This document shows, piece by piece, positions 56,852-64,000 of a DNA stretch of 64,000 nucleotides; the stretch's first letter is position 1; each line of letters starts with the position of its first letter. The stretch comes from an uncultured Candidatus Rokubacteria bacterium. Lineage in GTDB: Bacteria; Methylomirabilota; Methylomirabilia; Rokubacteriales; DASRDR01. The DNA is taken from assembly GCA_963805625.1 (NCBI GenBank), contig CAWDVE010000013.1:192001-256000 (forward strand), given 5' to 3'. A program made the translations under genes and the position numbers. A model generated the notes under the pieces. It worked only from the letters and a program-made list of their open reading frames with translations. It ran no database searches and had not been told where the DNA came from.

Positions 56852-58558
56852 ATGATCTCCGGCCATTCCCCGTCGTTCGGACGATGGCTGACCGGGACAG
56901 GCCTCCTCTCGGACGCAGAGCTGGCGCGGGCCGAGGCACACCGTCAGTCCACCGGCGAGCATCTGTCCGATGCTCTGGTCCGGCTCGGGCTCTCGAGCGC
57001 GGAGGAGGTGGGCCAAGCCCTGGCCCGTCACCTCGAGATCGCCTACGTCGGGCGTGAAGAGTTCCCCTCGAGCCCGCCATTCCTCCAGCGGCTGTCGCCC
57101 CAGTACATGCGCCAGTACCGCTTCTGCCCCCTCGCCGTCGAGGACGGCGTCCTCGTGGTGGCGTGTGCCGATCCAACCGACCCGACGGTCGTCGACGAGC
57201 TCCGCGGAACGCTGGGAATCGACATCCGCCTGGCCGTGGCGACCGAGACCTCGATCCTCGAGGCGATCGAGCGGTACTTCGGTGCCGGCTCGACGGCGGT
57301 CCAGAAGGTCATCGAGACGATTGGCGACGACGAGCGAGCGGACGAGGTGGGCAGTGAGGATGTCACCTCCCTCCGAGACATGGCATTCGACGCGCCGGTG
57401 GTCCGTCTGGTCAACCTCCTCATCGAGAACGCGATCAAGGCGAACGCCTCCGACGTGCACATCGAGCCGTTCGAGGACAGCCTCCGGGTCCGCTACCGGA
57501 TCGACGGCGTGCTCTTCGACGCCGAGACCCCGCCCAAGCGTCTCCGGGCTGCGATCACCTCGCGGATCAAGATCATGGCGGAGCTGAACATCGCCGAACG
57601 CCGGCTGCCACAGGACGGGCGTATCCGCATGGGCCTGGAGGGACGCCGGCTCGACATCCGCGTTTCGACCATCCCAACCCTCCACGGCGAGAGCGTCGTG
57701 ATGCGCATCCTGGACAGGGCGGCGATCCTCCTCCCCCTCGACCGTCTCGGCTTCGACGACCGCGCCCGCCGGGCGATCGAGCACGTCATCGAGCTTCCGC
57801 ACGGCATGCTGCTGGTCACGGGCCCGACGGGCTCCGGGAAGACCACCACCCTCTATGGCGCGCTCCATAAGATCAACTCACCAGATAAGAAGATCATCAC
57901 CATCGAGGATCCGGTCGAGTACCAGCTCCAGGGCATCAACCAGATCCACGTGAAGCCCAAGATCGGATTGACGTTCGCCGCCGGCCTCAGGCACATCGTC
58001 CGCCAAGACCCCGACGTGATCATGGTCGGGGAGATCCGCGACCTCGAGACGGCCGATATCTCTATCCACGCCGCGCTGACGGGGCACCTGGTCTTTTCGA
58101 CGCTCCACACCAACGACGCGCCCGGCGCACTGACCCGGCTTCTCGACATGGGCGTGGAGCCGTACCTCGTGGCCTCGGTCCTGGAGGGCGTCCTGGCCCA
58201 GCGCCTCGTCCGCCGGGTGTGTGCGGGCTGCCGCAAGCCCTACGAGCCCGACGCGGGCGAGCTCCGGGCGCTGGGCATTGACCGTGTCCCCGCGGGCGCG
58301 CGGCTGTCGCGCGGGACCGGCTGCGGGGATTGTCGCGGCACGGGCTACCGGGGTCGCACCGGGATCTACGAGTTCATGGGGATGAACGAGGAACTCCGCG
58401 GCCTAGCTCTCCGAAAGACCCCGGCACACGAGATCCGCCAGTGGGCGGTCGCTGCCGGCATGACGACGCTCCGTCAGGACGGCTGGCACAAGTGCCGCCT
58501 CGGCGTGACGACCGTGGAGGAGGTCCTCCGCGTGACCCACCAGGACTGGGAGGCGTAG
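56852..58558 (+). CDS. gspE: Type II secretion ATPase
   Basis: APVVRLVN, ASDVHIEP, ERRLPQDGR, GPTGSGKT, TIEDPVEY, RQDPDVIMVGEIRD, CxxC..CxxC. Confidence 0.95.
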   Translation: MISGHSPSFGRWLTGTGLLSDAELARAEAHRQSTGEHLSDALVRLGLSSAEEVGQALARHLEIAYVGREEFPSSPPFLQRLSPQYMRQYRFCPLAVEDGVLVVACADPTDPTVVDELRGTLGIDIRLAVATETSILEAIERYFGAGSTAVQKVIETIGDDERADEVGSEDVTSLRDMAFDAPVVRLVNLLIENAIKANASDVHIEPFEDSLRVRYRIDGVLFDAETPPKRLRAAITSRIKIMAELNIAERRLPQDGRIRMGLEGRRLDIRVSTIPTLHGESVVMRILDRAAILLPLDRLGFDDRARRAIEHVIELPHGMLLVTGPTGSGKTTTLYGALHKINSPDKKIITIEDPVEYQLQGINQIHVKPKIGLTFAAGLRHIVRQDPDVIMVGEIRDLETADISIHAALTGHLVFSTLHTNDAPGALTRLLDMGVEPYLVASVLEGVLAQRLVRRVCAGCRKPYEPDAGELRALGIDRVPAGARLSRGTGCGDCRGTGYRGRTGIYEFMGMNEELRGLALRKTPAHEIRQWAVAAGMTTLRQDGWHKCRLGVTTVEEVLRVTHQDWEA

Positions 58559-59772
58559 TGCCAACCTTCGCCTATCGTGCCGCCGACCGGACCGGGCGGA
58601 CCGTCGACGGCATGATGGAGGCCTACGACGCCAACGCGGTCGTCGAGCGCCTCCACCGGGAGCACTATTACCCGCTCCGGGTCGAGGCGACGGCCGAGCA
58701 AGGCCGGCCTGGCTGGCGCCTGCTCGGCGCGCCGCGCGTACCCTCGCGCGACGTCCTCGACTTCACGCAGCAGCTCGCCACCCTGGTGGAGGCGGGCCTG
58801 CCACTCGAGCGGGCCCTGGTCGTGCTCAGCGAGGTGTCCGCCAGCCGGCGGCTCCGGCAGATCGTGCAGGACGTGACGCAGAGCGTCCGGTCGGGATCGA
58901 CGCTCGCCGACGCGCTGGCCCACCACCAGCCACGCCCGTTCTCGCGTCTGTATGTGAATACCGTCCGTGCCGGCGAGCGCGGCGGCGTCCTCGAGATCGC
59001 CCTCCGCCGGCTCGCCGAGCACCTAGAGGGAGCCCGAGAGCTCCGCGAGGCGGTCGTCTCGGCCCTGATCTACCCGGCGCTCCTCCTCGTCGTGGGCACG
59101 GCCGCGGTCATCTTCCTGCTGACCTTCGTCCTGCCGCGCTTCGCGGTCATCCTGGCGGACCTCGGCCAGACGCTCCCTCTGCCCACGCGCCTCGTGATGG
59201 GGGTCAGCGAGGTGTTCGTGACGTACTGGTGGGCGGTCGCGGCGGTGGTGATCGCGGTCGCTGGCTTCTGGCAGGCCATGGCCCGGTCTGAGGCGGGCCG
59301 GCTCCAGCTGGACACGGGGCTTCTCGCGCTCCCGGGCGCGGGCGCGGTGCTGCGAAAGATCGAGGTGGGGCGCGCCATCCGCACGCTCGGCACTCTGCTC
59401 TCGTCCGGAGTGCCCCTGCTCGGCGCGCTCGACGTCGCCCGGGAGGGCGCCGGGAACCGCGTGATCTCGAACGCTCTCGTCGCCGTCCACGGAGGCGTCA
59501 AGCGTGGCGAGGGGCTCGCCCGGCCGATGGCCGAGACGGGCGTCTTCCCGTCCCTGGTCGTCCACATGGTGCGAGTGGGCGAGGAAACCGGTCGGCTCGA
59601 CGACATGCTCGGGCGGGTCGCCGGCACCTACGAGCGCGAGGTTCGCGTCGCGGTCCGCCGGCTGGTGGCGACGCTCGAGCCCGCCATCATCGTCGTGCTG
59701 GGCGCCGTGGTGCTGACGATCGTGCTCGCGATCCTCCTAGCGATCCTGAGCGTGAACGAGCTGCCTCTGTGA
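58558..59772 (+). CDS. gspF: Type II secretion inner membrane platform protein
   Basis: FAYRA, AGE.GG.L, ALIYP, LP.PT, VGEETG.LD.ML, LEP. Confidence 0.95.
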   Translation: MPTFAYRAADRTGRTVDGMMEAYDANAVVERLHREHYYPLRVEATAEQGRPGWRLLGAPRVPSRDVLDFTQQLATLVEAGLPLERALVVLSEVSASRRLRQIVQDVTQSVRSGSTLADALAHHQPRPFSRLYVNTVRAGERGGVLEIALRRLAEHLEGARELREAVVSALIYPALLLVVGTAAVIFLLTFVLPRFAVILADLGQTLPLPTRLVMGVSEVFVTYWWAVAAVVIAVAGFWQAMARSEAGRLQLDTGLLALPGAGAVLRKIEVGRAIRTLGTLLSSGVPLLGALDVAREGAGNRVISNALVAVHGGVKRGEGLARPMAETGVFPSLVVHMVRVGEETGRLDDMLGRVAGTYEREVRVAVRRLVATLEPAIIVVLGAVVLTIVLAILLAILSVNELPL

Positions 59773-59780
59773 GGTCCCTG

Positions 59781-60275
59781 ATGCCCATTCCGCGAAAACC
59801 CGATCGTCCGCCCTCCACCCCGCCAGGTGGACGCCGCCGCCGGCCGAGCACCCTCGATCAAGCTGGGTTCACGCTCATCGAGCTCCTGATCGTCGTCATC
59901 ATCCTGGGCGTCCTCGCCGGCCTCGTGGGCCCGCGACTGTTCGGGCGGGTGGGCCAGTCACGCCAGGCGGCCGCCCGCGTGCAGATCGAGCTGCTCGGGG
60001 CGGCCCTCGACCAGTTCAAGCTCGACGTCGGGCGCTACCCCTCGAGCCAGGAGGGGCTCCAGGCGCTCCAGCAGAGCCCCGGAAACGCGCCCGGCTGGGA
60101 GGGCCCGTACCTCAAGAAGGAGGTTCCCCGGGACCCGTGGGGGAGCCCGTATCAGTACCGGAGTCCCGGCGAGCACGGTGAGTACGACCTCTCCTCGCTG
60201 GGCTCGGACGGCGCCGAGGGAGGGGACGGCGAGGCCACGGACTTGACGAGCTGGAGTGAGGGCAAGACCCGGTGA
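59781..60275 (+). CDS. gspG: Major pseudopilin
   Basis: G|FTLIELLIV, GRYPS..EGL.AL, W.GPYL, DPWG..YQY, S.GSDG..GGDGE..D. Confidence 0.95.
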   Translation: MPIPRKPDRPPSTPPGGRRRRPSTLDQAGFTLIELLIVVIILGVLAGLVGPRLFGRVGQSRQAAARVQIELLGAALDQFKLDVGRYPSSQEGLQALQQSPGNAPGWEGPYLKKEVPRDPWGSPYQYRSPGEHGEYDLSSLGSDGAEGGDGEATDLTSWSEGKTR

Positions 60276-60733
60276 GCCCGCACGCTCCGGGACGCGACGC
60301 GAGGGGACTCACCCTCATGGAACTCGTCGTCGTCCTCGCGGTGCTGGCCACCGTGACGGCCTTCGCGCTGCCGTCCATCCGTCGCGGCAGCGAGGGTCTC
60401 CAGCTCCGGGCGGGGGCCGGCCGCGTGGCGTCCCTCCTGCGCGAGGCACGCCAGCAGGCCGTCACGCACCGGCGGCCCACGCGGGTCGCCCTCGAGCCGA
60501 ACCACCGCGGCGCCGCCCTGGCGTGGGACGGAAGCAACGAACCCCTGCGCCGCGTCGAGCTGCCGGATCGGTTCCGTCTGGAGGCATCCGCGGGCAGCGA
60601 GACCCTCACGTTCTCCTCGCGCGGACTGGTCCGCGACGCTCGGTGGGTGGTGGCGGGTCCCGGCGGCCGCCGCCTCGTCGTCGAGGTCCACGGCGTGACC
60701 GGGCGGGTGGCGGTCGCGCCCCCCGCGCCCTGA
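60272..60733 (+). CDS. gspH: Minor pseudopilin (GspH/FimT-like)
   Basis: G|LTLMELVVV, AR..A, TGRV; position in the operon. Confidence 0.85.
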   Translation: MSPHAPGRDARGLTLMELVVVLAVLATVTAFALPSIRRGSEGLQLRAGAGRVASLLREARQQAVTHRRPTRVALEPNHRGAALAWDGSNEPLRRVELPDRFRLEASAGSETLTFSSRGLVRDARWVVAGPGGRRLVVEVHGVTGRVAVAPPAP

Positions 60734-60742
60734 GCCCGTCAC

Positions 60743-61150
60743 ATGAGACCATCGGTCGGCGCCCGCAGGCAGGACAAGGGGTTCACGCTCCTCGAGGTTC
60801 TCGTGGCGCTCTTCGTCCTCGCGACCACGGTCGTGGCGGTCCTCCAGCTCTTCGGGGGCGGGCTCCGGTTAGCCCGGGCCGCTGGCGACCACGCCGATGC
60901 CGCGCTCCTCGCGAGCGCAAAGCTCGCCGACCTCGAACCTGGCCCCCTGGCCGAGGGGTCGACCGAAGGTTCGGACGGCCCGTACCGCTGGACTCGTCGG
61001 GTGACGCTCGACCCGGCGCTCCTTCCCGTCCAGCCCGACACTCCGGAGGCGATGCTCATCCGGCTGGCGCGCGTGAGCGTGGAGGTCCAGTGGGGACAGG
61101 GCCGCCGTTTCGAGCTCGCCACGCTCCGCGTCTGGCGGATCGGCTCGTGA
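60743..61150 (+). CDS. gspI: Minor pseudopilin
   Basis: G|FTLLEVLVA, YRW, V.V.VQW, ELATL. Confidence 0.85.
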   Translation: MRPSVGARRQDKGFTLLEVLVALFVLATTVVAVLQLFGGGLRLARAAGDHADAALLASAKLADLEPGPLAEGSTEGSDGPYRWTRRVTLDPALLPVQPDTPEAMLIRLARVSVEVQWGQGRRFELATLRVWRIGS

Positions 61151-61782
61151 GCTGGCGGGCGCTCCGGGCGAGTCTCCGCCCCGACGGCCGGGGCTTCACG
61201 CTCGTCGAGGTCATTCTCGCCGTGTCCATCCTTGCGGTCGTCATCCTCCTGGCCACTGCCGCGCTGCGCGTCGGCCTCCGCGCCTGGGAGGCCGGACAGC
61301 GGCGCGCGAACCTCCAGCAGGAGAGCCGCGCGCTCGTCGAGTTGGTCAGCGAGGCACTTGCAGGCGCATCGGCCTACCGCGGGCGCCTGGGCCAGAACCC
61401 CGAGCGTATCGTGCTCTTCGAGGGGGAGCCGGAGGAAGTGCGCTTCGTGACGAGCGCGCCGCCGCTTACGCTGGACAACCCGGTCGCCCCGTTCCATGCG
61501 GTCGTCCTCGGGCGCAAGGGGCAGGACGCGTTGCGGCTCATCGAACGGCTCGTGCCCTCGGACGAGCCATTCGCGCCCGGGCCCGAGCGCGTCCTGTCCC
61601 GGTCCGTCACCCGCTTCAGCCTCGCCTACCGGGACGAGGCCGGGGCGTGGCAGGAGCGGTGGGACGGCCGCGAGGCGGGCGGGCTGCCGACCGCAGTGCG
61701 GCTCGAGCTCTCGGTAGCCGGCCTCGCCCGGGCGACACCCGCGCTCGTCGTCGCGCTGCCGATGGGAAAGCAGGCCCAGTGA
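61147..61782 (+). CDS. gspJ: Minor pseudopilin
   Basis: G|FTLVEVILA, F...Y.D..G.WQERW, LPTAVRLE; GTGA coupling. Confidence 0.85.
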   Translation: MSWRALRASLRPDGRGFTLVEVILAVSILAVVILLATAALRVGLRAWEAGQRRANLQQESRALVELVSEALAGASAYRGRLGQNPERIVLFEGEPEEVRFVTSAPPLTLDNPVAPFHAVVLGRKGQDALRLIERLVPSDEPFAPGPERVLSRSVTRFSLAYRDEAGAWQERWDGREAGGLPTAVRLELSVAGLARATPALVVALPMGKQAQ

Positions 61783-62783
61783 CGCCAGCCTCGCCTCCCA
61801 ACCGGACCCGGAGCGACGCGGGGGTCGCGCTGATCGTGGTGCTCCTCCTTCTCGCGCTGCTCCTCACCATCGTCGCGGAGTTCGCCCAGGCGATGCGCCT
61901 CGAGGCGGTGACGGCGACGAACTTCCGCTCCTCGCTGGCCGAGACGTGGCTCGCCGAAGCGGGCTACCAGCGGGCTCTCGCAGAGATCCTGCCCGATGCC
62001 CTGGCGCACGAGCTCGACCCCGGCGGTGCCCTCCTGTTCCGCCGGGCTCGACTCGGCATCCCCACGATGCCCGAGCGTCTCGATCTCCGAATTGACCCGG
62101 GTCGGTTCTCGTACCGGATCACCGACGAAAGCGCGCGGCTCAACCTCAACCGGGTAACCCGCGAGGTCCTGGACCGCCTCCTCCAGGAAGCCGGCGCCGA
62201 GAAGACCGTGCGCGACGAGATCGTCGACTCGATCCAGGACTGGCGCGACCCGAACGAGGAGCACCGCTTGAACGGGGCGGAGAGCGACTACTACCTCGGC
62301 CTCGCCGTCCCTTACCGGTCCAAGAACGCGGACTTCGACAGCGTGGACGAGCTCCTCCAGGTGCGCGGCGTCACGCAAGCGCTCCTCTACGGCCGCCCCG
62401 AGACCCCTGGGCTGGCGGAGCACCTCACCGTCTTCGGCACGCGCGGCGTCAACGTGAACACGGCGAGCCCTGTCGTGCTGCGGGCCCTGGGCTTTGCGCC
62501 CGCCGAAGTAGAGGCTCTGATCGGACGCCGCCCATATGCCGATCTGACCAGCCTTCCGCCGGGGCTCCGGCGCGGCAATCTGCGGACCAACTCCGACACG
62601 TTCCGTATCGAGGCCTGGGCGGGCGGCCCGGCGCCCGCCGGCCGCGTCCTCACAGCAGTCGTCGAGCGCCAGACCGGAACGGGACAGGTCCAGGCGGTGC
62701 CTCGCGCCTGGCGCTGGTCCGAGGTCTCGCGGCTCGCCACGGCGCCTGTAGAACCCGACCCGGGCGACAAGGTGAGCCGGTGA
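61779..62783 (+). CDS. gspK: Minor pseudopilin
   Basis: G|VALIVVL (no E5), DESARLNLN, DWRD, GAESDYY, ELLQVRG, VNVNTA. Confidence 0.9.
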   Translation: MTPASPPNRTRSDAGVALIVVLLLLALLLTIVAEFAQAMRLEAVTATNFRSSLAETWLAEAGYQRALAEILPDALAHELDPGGALLFRRARLGIPTMPERLDLRIDPGRFSYRITDESARLNLNRVTREVLDRLLQEAGAEKTVRDEIVDSIQDWRDPNEEHRLNGAESDYYLGLAVPYRSKNADFDSVDELLQVRGVTQALLYGRPETPGLAEHLTVFGTRGVNVNTASPVVLRALGFAPAEVEALIGRRPYADLTSLPPGLRRGNLRTNSDTFRIEAWAGGPAPAGRVLTAVVERQTGTGQVQAVPRAWRWSEVSRLATAPVEPDPGDKVSR

Positions 62784-64000
62784 GCGACGTCGTCGGTCTC
62801 GCGCTCCGGGACGGACAGGTCGACGTCGTCGCTCTCCGGGAGAGACTGGGCGCGCGACGGCTCGTCACGGCCTTCAGCGTGCCGGCCGAGGAGGACGCCG
62901 CAGGCTCGATCCGGCGTCAGCTCCTGGAGGCCGGCGTCCGCGCCCGGCGCGCGCAGGTGGGTCTCCCTCGGCGCGCGGTGGTCGCGAAGGCAGTGGAGCT
63001 GCCCGCCGTCCCCGGCGTGGACCTCCGGCAGATGGTGGGGTTCGAGCTGGAGCGCCATCTCCCCTTCCCGCCGGCCGAGGCGCTCTTCGACCTCGAGGTC
63101 CTGGCCCGCGAGGCCGGCCGGCCGCTCCGCGTGCTGCTCGTGGCCGTCGAGCGACGAAGCCAGGAGCGGATCCGCGGGCTCCTCCGGGACGCCGGCCTCG
63201 CGCCCCGGTTGGTGGGCGTCGCCATCCACAGCCTGGCCCGTCTGGTGACGGGCGATCCCGCGCGCGGCCGGATCGTGCTCTGGCTGGAAGCGGCCGACGC
63301 GGAGCTCGCCGTCGTCGTCCACGGGCGGGTCGTCGGGAGCCGCGCCTTCCCTGTGCCGGCCGACCCCGAGGCCCGCGGACGCACGCTGGAGGCCGAGCTC
63401 GGGCGAACGCTGGCGACGCTGCCGGAGAGTGACCGGAGCGAGGTCGTGGAAGTCGTCGTCGGCGGGCTCCCTCCGCCGGCATTCGAGATCGAGAGGCTGC
63501 CGATGCGGGTGGGTATCGACGCCCCACCGGGCTTCGCGGCAATCGAGAGCGCGAGCCTGCCCGCTCTGGCCGTCGCGCTCGAGCGCGCGGGCGGGAAGAC
63601 CCCGGTGGCGAACCTCCTGCCCGAAGAGCTTCGCCCGCGCCCGTTCCCCTGGCCGCTCGCCGCCACGGCCGCGCTGGCCCTCCTCGCCTTCGGGATCGGC
63701 GCCGCGATCCCTGCCGTCACGTTCCTGAAGGAGCGGAGAGCCCTCGCGACGCTCGACGCCCGCATCGCCCGTCTCGCGCCCGAGGTCCAGCGGGCCGAGC
63801 GGCTCGCCGCCGACGTGGAGCGCGCGCGGCGCGAGCGGACGACCCTCCGCGGCTTCGAGGAGCAGGGACTCCATCCCCTGCCGGTGCTCCAGGAGCTCAC
63901 GGACACGCTACCCGGCGACGCGTGGCTGACGAATCTGTCCGTCGACCGCAGCGGGCTCGAGCTGGGCGGCTTCGCGAACGCCGCTTCGCAGCTCATTCCG
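62780..64000 (+). CDS. gspL: GspL-like (PilM-like cytoplasmic plus PilN-like periplasmic) assembly protein, partial (runs off the window end)
   Basis: Absent from the ORF track because no stop lies in the window. GTG 62780 overlaps the gspK stop and reads ..VGLPRR..ELP..FELERHLPF..NLLP..TM..LQELTDTLP..AWL..GFA..AS. Confidence 0.85.
   Translation, partial: MSDVVGLALRDGQVDVVALRERLGARRLVTAFSVPAEEDAAGSIRRQLLEAGVRARRAQVGLPRRAVVAKAVELPAVPGVDLRQMVGFELERHLPFPPAEALFDLEVLAREAGRPLRVLLVAVERRSQERIRGLLRDAGLAPRLVGVAIHSLARLVTGDPARGRIVLWLEAADAELAVVVHGRVVGSRAFPVPADPEARGRTLEAELGRTLATLPESDRSEVVEVVVGGLPPPAFEIERLPMRVGIDAPPGFAAIESASLPALAVALERAGGKTPVANLLPEELRPRPFPWPLAATAALALLAFGIGAAIPAVTFLKERRALATLDARIARLAPEVQRAERLAADVERARRERTTLRGFEEQGLHPLPVLQELTDTLPGDAWLTNLSVDRSGLELGGFANAASQLIP

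Overview
High-GC bacterial chromosomal window (about 70% GC by eye). Gene content and style resemble Candidatus Rokubacteria/Methylomirabilota, which is an inference only. It holds about 59 protein-coding genes and no rRNA, tRNA, CRISPR array, integrase or transposase that I can see. In order: a GntR-controlled sugar/sugar-acid uptake and catabolism locus; panE and mpl; a 2-hydroxyacid dehydrogenase; a DsbA/FrnE-family gene that is a probable selenoprotein (in-frame TGA in a UPWC motif followed by a SECIS-like hairpin, truncated in the ORF track); a degenerate sulfotransferase, GT2 and PaaK-like ligase; a serine hydrolase; a MoxR-like AAA+/VWA pair; a peptide ABC system with a fused hydantoinase/oxoprolinase; ldcA; an RR-HK-HtrA module with an 11-bp-phased triple repeat; amidase; MFS; a 139-bp inverted-repeat element; argC; an LLM oxidoreductase; a comD/comE-like ThDP decarboxylase; VIT1; SDR and deacetylase; a translationally coupled PqqD/RRE, HPrK-like kinase and radical SAM::nucleotidyltransferase fusion operon (best candidate for an undescribed system); an aminotransferase; hslR-cobC-cobS; a carboxyltransferase; a membrane-tethered ECF sigma fusion; aroQ; a ZIP transporter; and a type II secretion gspE-L cluster that runs off the end. 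Functional calls come from motif recognition by eye, without database searches.
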